From assembly GCA_963663195.1 (NCBI GenBank), contig OY760136.1, forward strand, positions 4,286,300 through 4,350,299: DNA of 64,000 bases, in the 5' to 3' direction. The position numbers were made by a program, and so were the translations under genes. Shown here one piece after another: positions 19,309 through 30,135 of the stretch. Position 1 is the first letter of the stretch; the number at the start of each line of letters is the position of its first letter. Under the pieces are notes generated by a model, which saw only the letters and a list, made by a program, of their open reading frames with translations, was not told the DNA's origin and searched no databases. Origin of the DNA: Vicinamibacterales bacterium (GTDB lineage: Bacteria > Acidobacteriota > Vicinamibacteria > Vicinamibacterales > UBA8438).

Positions 19309-20460
19309 TCAGCGTCCCTGTGCCCGCATCCACTCCGCGTGCTTGCGCCGCATCTCCTCGTACTGAGCCGCACGCGTCGCGGCCTCCTCGAGTGCCGCAT
19401 CCATGGCGTACTCCTCGTCGGCGCGAGCCGCGCTCAACTGTCCCACGATGCCGTAGTTCCCTTCGTGGCACGCCGACTCGACCATCAGGAGGTCGTTCTC
19501 CAACACCATGGGACGCAGCACGGTGTACGGCGCGACCCACACACCGGGATCTTCGACCGTATAGCTGTACTCGAGCATGTCCGGTGCCGTGCGCGTGAAG
19601 CGCTGGGTGACGCGCAGCGTCTCCCCCGTGCCGAGATACCGCTGCAGGGGCGTCCGCTTCGGCATGACCGATCCCCCGTCCTGACGAGGAATGAAGCTGT
19701 CGGTCTCGACGACGAGGGTCTGCCCCTCCCAACGCCCGCGCGACTCGCCCATCCACTGTCGGACGCCGAGACGGGGATGTCCGTCGAGCGACACGACCAT
19801 CGGCTCGTTGTAGTTGAACGCGTCGACGCGGATGGCGACAACGCCGGGAGACTGGAATATCTCGAAGGTGCCGGTCGTGAACTTTGTCTGGCCGGGGGCA
19901 ATACACCGCTCTCCGATGTTGCGGTCTCGCCAGTCATCCCCCTCGCCACGGTGGGCGCGCGCCGCTTCTCTTGCCTCCAGCCGATCTATCGCGTCAATCG
20001 TCAGCGGCGGCATTTGCCCATCCGGCGGATCGATGATCTGCGACGTCCGATTCCAGGGCGTCACGGGTCGCGGGTCCGCCACGACCCAGAACCGGTTGTA
20101 CTCCTGCCCGAAAATCCCCTGCTCGGTCGGCCGGGCCGCGGCCGCCTGCGCGGCGTCTCGGGGATCCGCTTCCTCGGGATCTTCGGGTTCCGGCGGAGGC
20201 GGGCTCTCAATCAGCGCCTCGACCCGCGCCGCAATCTCTTCCTCGGTGAGGAACTCCCGGGTCCCGAACGCCGTGGGGCGCTCCATGGGCGTGCCGGTGT
20301 TGGCGGTGTTCCAGATACCCTGCAGGTCCGGGTCGCCCCACGCGGTGCGCGGCGCCGTCCAGTTTGCCGGCGCCTGTGCCATCGACGCCGCCACCAGCAC
20401 GACCGCCAGCAGCATCGCCGTCAGCGCCCCGACCGTGCGAATTCGATTTGGCTTCGTCAT
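19309..20460 (-). CDS. secreted protein of unknown function, paralog P1
   Basis: The ATG at 20460 is followed by the signal peptide MTKPNRIRTVGALTAMLLAVVLVAASMAQA. It shares collinear motifs with P2 and P3 (PDLQGIW, ERCI, GRWEGQTLVVETDSF, YSYTVEDP, ACHEGN). Its start overlaps the P2 stop (ATGA). Confidence 0.7.
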   Translation of the reverse strand: MTKPNRIRTVGALTAMLLAVVLVAASMAQAPANWTAPRTAWGDPDLQGIWNTANTGTPMERPTAFGTREFLTEEEIAARVEALIESPPPPEPEDPEEADPRDAAQAAAARPTEQGIFGQEYNRFWVVADPRPVTPWNRTSQIIDPPDGQMPPLTIDAIDRLEAREAARAHRGEGDDWRDRNIGERCIAPGQTKFTTGTFEIFQSPGVVAIRVDAFNYNEPMVVSLDGHPRLGVRQWMGESRGRWEGQTLVVETDSFIPRQDGGSVMPKRTPLQRYLGTGETLRVTQRFTRTAPDMLEYSYTVEDPGVWVAPYTVLRPMVLENDLLMVESACHEGNYGIVGQLSAARADEEYAMDAALEEAATRAAQYEEMRRKHAEWMRAQGR

Positions 20461-21353
20461 CGTGACTCCCCCTGGGATTCCTTGACGAGCGTGCCGTAGA
20501 GGAACTGCTCGGTGAACTCGACGCAGCGCATGTCGAGGAATTCGACGTTCTCTTCCACCCGACGATAGAGCGGAAAACGGATCGTCCAGGGCCGGGTGAA
20601 CGTGTTGGGATCCTCGATCGTAGCTTCGTACTGGATGTGGTACGGGCTCATCGGGGTGTAACGCTCCACGACGTGCAGCCCCTCGGTGGCGAAGTTCCCC
20701 GCGCGATCGAACCAGGTGCGGCCGTTGAAGGCGGTCACGTCCACCACCAGCGTGTCGCCGTCCCAACTGCCGTTGGACCATCCCATCCAGTTGTCGACCG
20801 GGGCTTCCTGATGGTCCGCCATGAAGATGTAACGGCTGGACGCGGCAAACGGAAACGCCATCAGGATCTTGTCTTCCCGCTGGACGATCTGGAATGGATA
20901 CGGCTGGTACATGGCCCGTGGCACGCCCGCGATGTAGCACTTGGCTTCCGGGTCTCCCAGGTCATGCATATTCTGGGGATCGATCGTCAGCCGGTTCTCG
21001 AGATTCTTCCGCTTCTGCTCGAGAGCCTCGGGCCGGTACGGAATCTCGTTCCCGACAACGATGCCGGCGCCCGCGGGCTGCACGCCCCAGGCCCCGAGCA
21101 ACTCGGGAAACGGACCCGGCGCCGCGCCGTGGTTCTGGATGTCCCAGTTGGCGGTCGTCAGCGCCTGCCACATGCCGCTGAGGTCCGGGACGTCCGTCCC
21201 CGGAAAACGCGCGGCTCGATAGTCATCGGCCTGCGCGCAGGCGGCGGACGGGCTTGACAGAAACAATGCCGTCACCACGGTGACAGCCAGAACGACAGGG
21301 ATCGCGAGGCCGGCATGCGACCCGCGCCTGGAGACTTCTGCTTTCAGCGCCAT
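20457..21353 (-). CDS. secreted protein of unknown function, shorter paralog P2
   Basis: The ATG at 21353 is followed by a signal/TM segment, LAIPVVLAVTVVTALFLSSPSAACAQA. Motifs are PDLSGMW, AKCYIAG, FQIVQ, GSWDGDTLVVDVTAF, VVERYTP, YEATIEDP and RCVEF. Confidence 0.7.
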   Translation of the reverse strand: MALKAEVSRRGSHAGLAIPVVLAVTVVTALFLSSPSAACAQADDYRAARFPGTDVPDLSGMWQALTTANWDIQNHGAAPGPFPELLGAWGVQPAGAGIVVGNEIPYRPEALEQKRKNLENRLTIDPQNMHDLGDPEAKCYIAGVPRAMYQPYPFQIVQREDKILMAFPFAASSRYIFMADHQEAPVDNWMGWSNGSWDGDTLVVDVTAFNGRTWFDRAGNFATEGLHVVERYTPMSPYHIQYEATIEDPNTFTRPWTIRFPLYRRVEENVEFLDMRCVEFTEQFLYGTLVKESQGESR

Positions 21354-21471
21354 ATGCACCTCACTGCCATTCCGCCTGCGAGGCCGGTGCGTCACCGGCA
21401 CCGCGGCGCCGCTATTCGCCCTTCGCGAGCGTCTGGTGCGCGCCGGGATGACGATGACGCGCGGCCGGCCG

Positions 21472-21909
21472 TTATCGTTCGGTGGGATCCCGGCCGTCGC
21501 GCGGGGCGCCCGTGCCCGACGAGCCCATGAAGAGCTTCCGCCCGTCCGCGAACGTTAGATCACGACCGTTGGCGCGGAAGGGGTTGCCCTTGGCGCGAAA
21601 CCCGTCGACCATGATCTCGGTGCCGACCGGCAGCGAGGCCTTGGTGAAACCGCGCCGCAGCAGCGCAGTCGGGTTTCCGCCTTCGATCATCCACCGATCG
21701 ACCGATCCATCCCCGTTATCCACGTCGATGTGAATCCAGGAATGCGGGTTGATCCACTCGACTTTCGCCACTTTCCCGGTCAGGCTGATCGGCTGATTGG
21801 CGTCGAACTCGGCGGCAAACGCATGGTGCGCCCGCGCCGACCCGGCGGTCAGCAAGAGACACAGCCCAGCCGCGGCGACGGCACACACTGCGAGTCGTGT
21901 TGCACGCAT
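21472..21909 (-). CDS. small periplasmic protein, DUF6152-like (assigned from memory)
   Basis: The ATG at 21909 is preceded by GGGAGGAA. The signal peptide ends ...TAGSARA and is followed by HHAFAAEFDANQPISLTGKVAKVEWINPHSWIHIDV. Confidence 0.7.
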   Translation of the reverse strand: MRATRLAVCAVAAAGLCLLLTAGSARAHHAFAAEFDANQPISLTGKVAKVEWINPHSWIHIDVDNGDGSVDRWMIEGGNPTALLRRGFTKASLPVGTEIMVDGFRAKGNPFRANGRDLTFADGRKLFMGSSGTGAPRDGRDPTER

Positions 21910-22075
21910 TGACGTTCCTCCCTGGTTGCCGGAACCCAATCGACCGTTCCCCGCGAATCAACTCACCGGCGTCCTGCAGGGCAGCGTACATCGTGTGGAC
22001 AGGTGCTGCAAGGGGAGGTGAGGATATGCTGAATACGCTTCCTCGTCACGTGTTGTCAGCCCTGGAGTACGCCAA

Positions 22076-22471
22076 ATGTCCACTGCCCACCGGCGCCTGG
22101 CCGAGTTGACCCGGCGCTTCGTGACCGCCTTCAACGACAACGACCTCGACGCCGTCGTATCCTGGTTCGCCGAGGACGGGGTCTACGACGAGTTCAACGG
22201 CACCCGCAATCGCGGCCGGGACGCCATCCGGGCCGCGCTCCTCCCGCAGTTCACGGGCCGCTACGGCACGATGCGGTTCATCGACGACGACCTGTTCATC
22301 GACGCGGACGCCGGCAAGGTCATGGCCAGCTGGCGCTGCACGCTCGAGATGAAGGGCGAGCCGACGTCGTGGCGCGGCCTGGACCTGCTGTACTTCGAGG
22401 GCGACGAGCTGGTCCGCAAGTCGACCTACGCCAAGGCCAGGGCGCCCCTGTTCGAGGACGAGGTGGTGTAG
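22076..22471 (+). CDS. SnoaL-like / NTF2-fold protein
   Basis: LTRRFVTAFNDNDLDAVVSWFAEDGVYDEFNGTRNRGRDAIRAAL...WRGLDLLYFEGDELVRKSTYAK, 131 aa. GGAG lies 8 nt upstream of the ATG. Confidence 0.75.
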   Translation: MSTAHRRLAELTRRFVTAFNDNDLDAVVSWFAEDGVYDEFNGTRNRGRDAIRAALLPQFTGRYGTMRFIDDDLFIDADAGKVMASWRCTLEMKGEPTSWRGLDLLYFEGDELVRKSTYAKARAPLFEDEVV

Positions 22472-22477
22472 CGCCGC

Positions 22478-23554
22478 CTACCTCGAGCCGGTTTCCGAGG
22501 CAGCCTCTTCAACGGCCTGCTCTTCAAGGTTCCGAGCGATGCTGAGGATGTTCGGTATGCCGTGGTTGCCCTCGTGGCACGCGTACTCGAACATCATCTC
22601 ATCGGTCCTGATCATCGGGACTTCCGCGACCCAGGCGCTCTCCCAGGACGTGGGATCCTCGACCGTGAACTCGTAGTGGATCCTGTCGGCATTGACCGGC
22701 GTGAACCGCTCGATCACGCGCACGGCTGCGTTGGAACCGCGAAAGCGAAAATTCCGATGATAGCGGGCCTTGCTGCTGAAGTTCGTTGTCTCGACGACCA
22801 GGGTGTCGCCCTCCCAGTGGCCGCGCGAATCGCCCGGCCAGAGCCGGATGGCCTGGGGCAGGTGCGGACGCCCGTCCATGGGTACGATGCGGGGGTTGTT
22901 GTTGCTCATCTCCTGAAAAATCACCACGTAGTCAGGAGTCTGGAAGATCTGGAGAATATCGTTGTAGGACGGCGGCAGCATCGGCGGCCCCTCGTGCGGC
23001 CAGACGATGCAGCGCTCGGATAGGGTGCGGCTCAAGTAGCTGTCGGTGCCCCTGCCCCTGGGCATTTGACTCTCTTGCTGCTGTGCGGCCGACGTCAGGG
23101 AGGGCAGCCTTCCGTCGCGCGGCTCCACGATCAGCGAGGTCCGTCGGCTCGACAATCCCTTCGGTTGCTCCTCTCGGAGCCAGATAGTGTTGTCGTAGTG
23201 GACGTATGACGGGTCACGGTTCTGCTGGTAGACCGCCTTCTCCCTGGTCTCTGCATCAGCGATGCTGAAGGCGTCGTGCCGCAGGGGATCGACACCGTCG
23301 GCCGTGAGCTGCTCCCTCAGCGCCGCGGCTTCCTCCTCGGTGAGAAATTCCCGATCCGCAAATCGGTCGGGGCGCTCCAGGGGAGTGAAGGTCGCCATCG
23401 TCCACCTGCCCTGCAGGTCGGGCCGCCCGTCCGGCGTACGCGGAGGCGTCCAGCCGTCCTCCGCGCTCGTCCGGGTCTGACTCAGCGCAGGCGACGAGCC
23501 CAGGCAGATGATCGCAGTGAGAGCGAACAGCATGGAGATGCGTCGACGAGTCAT
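22478..23554 (-). CDS. secreted protein of unknown function, paralog P3
   Basis: The ATG at 23554 is preceded by GGAGGAGG. The signal peptide is MTRRRISMLFALTAIICLGSSPALSQ. Motifs are PDLQGRW, ERCIVW, FQTPDYVVIF, GHWEGDTLVVETTNF, VIERFTP, YEFTVEDP and ACHEGN. Confidence 0.7.
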   Translation of the reverse strand: MTRRRISMLFALTAIICLGSSPALSQTRTSAEDGWTPPRTPDGRPDLQGRWTMATFTPLERPDRFADREFLTEEEAAALREQLTADGVDPLRHDAFSIADAETREKAVYQQNRDPSYVHYDNTIWLREEQPKGLSSRRTSLIVEPRDGRLPSLTSAAQQQESQMPRGRGTDSYLSRTLSERCIVWPHEGPPMLPPSYNDILQIFQTPDYVVIFQEMSNNNPRIVPMDGRPHLPQAIRLWPGDSRGHWEGDTLVVETTNFSSKARYHRNFRFRGSNAAVRVIERFTPVNADRIHYEFTVEDPTSWESAWVAEVPMIRTDEMMFEYACHEGNHGIPNILSIARNLEEQAVEEAASETGSR

Positions 23555-23670
23555 ATCGGTCCTCCTCCGTGATGGATCCGCCTCAACTGCCGCAACGGGA
23601 ATCGCCAGCCCCACAATTCTAGTCGGTTCGGCGCCTGCAACTCGATGATGATCCGCATCACGAGTCTCTG

Positions 23671-26339
<2,669 letters not shown>

Positions 26340-26342
26340 CCA

Positions 26343-26373
26343 AGGTTAAGCCTGCATTCTGGACCCAGTCAAG
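26343..26373 (-). promoter_or_regulatory. candidate furA promoter with overlapping Fur-type operator
   Basis: The minus strand reads CTTGACTGGGTCCAGAAT. TTGACT is the -35 (26372-26367). After an 18-nt spacer, TAACCT is the -10 (26348-26343), only about 4-7 nt before the TTG/GTG start. From memory it resembles the mycobacterial FurA box CTTGACTAATTCCAGAAA. Confidence 0.35.
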
Positions 26374-26405
26374 TATCAGGCGGGATCGAATATCATCGCA
26401 TCGCC

Positions 26406-29030
26406 ATGCAGGCGGCGGCGCGCTCCGCGCGATCGATTTTTCCCCCCAGGCACCGCACCCGGTTGGCGGGTCTCGTCTTCCTGTCAGGAGCGGCCAGCCT
26501 CGTCTACGAGGTGCTGTGGCTCAAGGAGCTGAGCCTGCTGTTCGGTAGCACCGCATACGCCGCCGCCACGACGCTCGCGGTTTTCTTTCTCGGCCTGGCG
26601 GTCGGCGGCGCCCTCTTCGGGCGCTGGTCCCCGCGCCTGCGGTCGCCGTTGCGGGCCTATGCCTGGATCGAGCTGGCCATCGCGGCGTCGGCGGTCCTGT
26701 ACTTCGTACTGCTGGACGTGTACTTCCAGCTCTACGGTCCGCTCTACAACGCGTTCGTCGACCGGCCCGCCGCCTTCAACGCGTTCAGGATCCTGCTGGC
26801 GACGCTGGTGCTGCTACCCCCGGCGGCCCTGATGGGTGGCACGTTGCCGGTCCTCGGCCAGCACCTGGTACGCCAACCGAACGAACTCGGGCGTGAGGGA
26901 TCCTGGCTGTATGCGGTCAACACGATTGGCGCGGCCACCGGCGCGCTGCTCGGCGGGTTCGTGCTGCCGCCGGCGCTCGGCTTCAACCGGGCGTACCTGC
27001 TGGCCATGGCGGTCAACGTGGCGATCGCAGGCCTCGCCTGGCGGTTGTCACGGGTTGACGGGCCCACCGCCGCGCGGGTTCCGGACATGCCGGCCGCCCG
27101 GCGCCGGCATCCGCAACGGCGCGCCGGAGTCTCGCAACGTCGGCCGCCGGCCTTTTCCGGCGCCGGCGCGGACAGCCCCGCGTGGCTGCTTGCCGCTGTC
27201 GCCTGTCTCTCCGGCGTATGCGCGCTCGGGCTCGAGGTGCTCTGGACGCGGATGTTCGCTCAGGTCCTGCAGAACTCGGTCTACACCTTCTCGACCATCC
27301 TCGTGGTGTTCCTGGCCGCGCTGGCGACCGGCTCGGCCGTTGCAAACCGCCTCTGCCGCGCACGGGCGGCGCCGGCGCGGATCCTGTGGATGCTCCTTGC
27401 GCTGTCGGGACTCGGCGTCGCCGCCACGCCGTTCGCCTTCCACGCATTGACCGCCGGGCTCAGCTCCCTGAATACCGGCGACGGCTGGATCGCCTACGTC
27501 GTCTCGATCTTCGCCAACACGATGCTGGTGCTGTTCGTACCGACCGCTCTGCTCGGCAGCGTCCTCCCCTACCTGCTGCGCGCCGCGGAAGGATCGCCTG
27601 CCGAACCGGGCGCCGTCATCGGGCGTCTCAACGCGCTCAACACGGCCGGCGGGGTCGTCGGCTCACTCGTCGCGGGATTCGTTTTGCTCGGAACAATTGG
27701 ACTCTGGAACAGCGTCCGCCTGATCGCCGCCGGCTACCTGGTCCTTGCGCTCGCATCCGTCTGGCGCGGCTGGCGGACGCCGCGCGCGCGGCTCGTCCCG
27801 GCAGCGGTCACGATCGGCGCACTGACATTGCTCGGGACCGCGCTCGACGCCTCGCGACTGACACTCGTCAACGTCGCCACGGAACGCGGCGAGGCGCTGC
27901 TCGCCACCTGGGAGGGCCCCGACGGCGTCGTAGCCGTCGTCGAGCGCCCCGGGAGCCGGCGCATCAAGATGAACAACTTCTACACGCTGGGCGGGACGGG
28001 CTCCATGGAGCAGGAGCAGAACCAGGCGCTGCTCCCGCTGATGACGCTCCCGCGTCCGCGCGCGGTTTTCCTGCTGGGTCTCGGCACGGGCATCACCGCC
28101 GGGACCGCGCTGAGACACCCGGTCGAACGCCTCACGGTCTGCGAGATCACACCCGACGTGATCACGGCCGCCAGAGCGTACTTCAACGCACCGAGTGGCG
28201 GGCTCTTCACCGACCCGCGGGCGTCGGTCCGCGCCTGCGACGCCCGTAATCACCTGCTCGGCACGTCGGAGCGCTACGACGCGATCATCGCCGACCTGTT
28301 CATCCCGTGGCGGGCCGGCGTCGGCAACCTGTACAGTCGTGAGCACTTCCGAGCGGCGCGCGAGCGGCTGACCGGCGGCGGGCTCTTCGTCCAGTGGCTG
28401 CCGCTCTACCAGGTGTCCCGCCGCGAGTTCGACATGGTGGCGCGCACGATGCTGAGTGTCTTCGACCAGGTCACGCTGTGGCGCGGCGGCTTCAGCGCGG
28501 AGCTCCCGTTCGTGGCGTTCGTCGGCGCGACGGAACCGACCACGCTCGACCCCAACGTGATGGAGCGCAACGGGCGGCACGTGAGCGGCGGAGCGCCGCT
28601 GCCCGACGCCACCGCGCTCGCGGTGACGCTGCCGTTCTACGCGGGAAACCTGTCGGAGGCTGACGGACTGATTCCACCCGGGCCGATCAATACCGACGAC
28701 CGGCCGCTTGTCGAGTACCTGGCGCCGGTGACCCAACGCGAAGAACGCGCCGGGACGACCGCATGGTTCAATTCTACCGAACTGGCGATTTTTCTCCGAC
28801 GGCTGGCAGAGTTGGCGCCCCCGGCGCGGGATCCGCACCTGGCCCTCCTGACGGCCGCGCAACGGGACTTCGTGACGGCGGGGCTGAGCTACTACGAGGG
28901 AGCCGTCGCCAAGCAACTCGGACGCGACGCCGAGGCCGACGCGCACTTCCGCGACTTCGCGCGGCGCATCCCGATCGAGTTCCGCCCGCCGCTCGACGAG
29001 GAAAACCCGGACGCCGAGGTGGTTCCGTAG
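26406..29030 (+). CDS. fused polytopic membrane (MFS-like) / spermidine synthase-like protein with a C-terminal helical extension
   Basis: The ATG at 26406 is followed by more than 10 hydrophobic helices. Then comes a SAM-fold region, LGLGTGITAG ... YDAIIADLFIPW. The first ~140 aa of the track ORF are antisense to furA and were rejected. Confidence 0.8.
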   Translation: MQAAARSARSIFPPRHRTRLAGLVFLSGAASLVYEVLWLKELSLLFGSTAYAAATTLAVFFLGLAVGGALFGRWSPRLRSPLRAYAWIELAIAASAVLYFVLLDVYFQLYGPLYNAFVDRPAAFNAFRILLATLVLLPPAALMGGTLPVLGQHLVRQPNELGREGSWLYAVNTIGAATGALLGGFVLPPALGFNRAYLLAMAVNVAIAGLAWRLSRVDGPTAARVPDMPAARRRHPQRRAGVSQRRPPAFSGAGADSPAWLLAAVACLSGVCALGLEVLWTRMFAQVLQNSVYTFSTILVVFLAALATGSAVANRLCRARAAPARILWMLLALSGLGVAATPFAFHALTAGLSSLNTGDGWIAYVVSIFANTMLVLFVPTALLGSVLPYLLRAAEGSPAEPGAVIGRLNALNTAGGVVGSLVAGFVLLGTIGLWNSVRLIAAGYLVLALASVWRGWRTPRARLVPAAVTIGALTLLGTALDASRLTLVNVATERGEALLATWEGPDGVVAVVERPGSRRIKMNNFYTLGGTGSMEQEQNQALLPLMTLPRPRAVFLLGLGTGITAGTALRHPVERLTVCEITPDVITAARAYFNAPSGGLFTDPRASVRACDARNHLLGTSERYDAIIADLFIPWRAGVGNLYSREHFRAARERLTGGGLFVQWLPLYQVSRREFDMVARTMLSVFDQVTLWRGGFSAELPFVAFVGATEPTTLDPNVMERNGRHVSGGAPLPDATALAVTLPFYAGNLSEADGLIPPGPINTDDRPLVEYLAPVTQREERAGTTAWFNSTELAIFLRRLAELAPPARDPHLALLTAAQRDFVTAGLSYYEGAVAKQLGRDAEADAHFRDFARRIPIEFRPPLDEENPDAEVVP

Positions 29031-29055
29031 CCCCGGCCAAACTGCGGAGGTATCA

Positions 29056-29817
29056 ATGAGCATGCGCCTGGCGCAAGCGGCTCTCGCCGGCCTGTTGCTG
29101 ATTCCCGGCGCCCGGGAAGCGGCGGCGGAGGTCATGAGATGGCAGGTCGACGGCGCGACGCGCGAAGCCATCGTCCACCTGCCGGAATCGCCGGGAGGTG
29201 AAGCGGCTCCCCTGGTCCTGGCGTTCCATGGCTTCGGCGACAACATGCAGAACTTTCAGCACACGAGCCTGCACTTGGCGTGGCCCGAGGCGATCGTCGT
29301 GTACTTTGAGGGCCTCGAGAGACGCCGTGGCCTGCTCGGGTGGCAGGTGGAGCCTGACGGCGCCGACCGCGATCTGAAGCTCGTCGATGCCGCACTCCAA
29401 TCGCTGCGTGAGACGTACGACATCGACGACGACCGCATCTACGCGACCGGCTACTCCAACGGCGGCATGTTCACCTATCTCCTGTGGGCGGAGCGTCCCG
29501 GCGTGTTTGCGGCGTACGCCCCGGTGGCGGCCCGCCTACGTCCTGCGGTGCGGCCCACCAGTCCCAGGCCGGTCCTGCACGTGGCCGGGGAAACCGACCG
29601 GGTGGTCAGCTTCGCCGACCAGGAAGCCGCGATCGCGGTTGCCGTCGAGGTGAACGGCGCTCATGCCGCGGCGCAATGTGGAGCCGGCTGCACGGTGTAC
29701 GGGGCCGGCACTGCTGCTCCGGTCATGACCTGGATCCACGCCGGCGCTCACGTCTACCCGCGCGGTACCAGCGCGCGGATCATCGACTTTTTCCGCGAAC
29801 ACGCGCGAACGCCCTGA
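29056..29817 (+). CDS. secreted alpha/beta-hydrolase esterase (PHB depolymerase/feruloyl esterase-like)
   Basis: GGAGG lies 5 nt upstream of the ATG and a signal peptide follows. LVLAFHGFGDN and the nucleophile elbow GYSNGG are present. Confidence 0.65.
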   Translation: MSMRLAQAALAGLLLIPGAREAAAEVMRWQVDGATREAIVHLPESPGGEAAPLVLAFHGFGDNMQNFQHTSLHLAWPEAIVVYFEGLERRRGLLGWQVEPDGADRDLKLVDAALQSLRETYDIDDDRIYATGYSNGGMFTYLLWAERPGVFAAYAPVAARLRPAVRPTSPRPVLHVAGETDRVVSFADQEAAIAVAVEVNGAHAAAQCGAGCTVYGAGTAAPVMTWIHAGAHVYPRGTSARIIDFFREHARTP

Positions 29818-29924
29818 TCCTTCGCGCGACGCTCCACGCCGCGAACCGACTACAATGGAGAACTCTTGACGGTAGGAATCACGACACGGCCGTGCTCGCC
29901 GCAAGTCGCTGATTCCGGAACCAA

Positions 29925-30000
29925 GCCGGCGTAGCTCAGTTGGTAGAGCAGCTGATTCGTAATCAGCAGGTCAGCGGTTCGAGTCCGCTCGCCGGCTCCA
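29925..30000 (+). tRNA. tRNA-Thr (anticodon CGU)
   Basis: It folds by hand. The acceptor stem is GCCGGCG/CGCCGGC and the D-arm is GCTC-AGTTGGTA-GAGC. The anticodon arm is GCTGA-TTCGTAA-TCAGC and the T-arm is AGCGG-TTCGAGT-CCGCT. The CCA end is encoded. Confidence 0.9.
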
Positions 30001-30135
30001 ACGCCTCCCCTCCAATACGGTCGCTGTCGGGCGCCGCATCCCTGGCAAGTTGCGTCGTCCTTCTCCGGACGAAGCCGCGCAACTTTCGGCAGCGCGGCGT
30101 GTCTTATGGTTGTAACGGACGTCGAAGGAGGTTTC

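Noticed and set aside
21382-21398. Hairpin GCCGGTG-CGT-CACCGGC between the DUF6152-like gene and P2.
   Set aside because: No U-tract follows on the coding strand, so there is insufficient evidence for a terminator or attenuator.
29851-29856. TACAAT hexamers upstream of tRNA-Thr (29851-29856) and of the HtrA protease gene (14368-14373), and an AT-rich TATTTTATAGAG patch in the ppdK/ABC divergent region (about 59740-59755).
   Set aside because: They are plausible -10 elements in a GC-rich genome, but I found no acceptable -35 partner at 16-19 nt. They are not reported as features.
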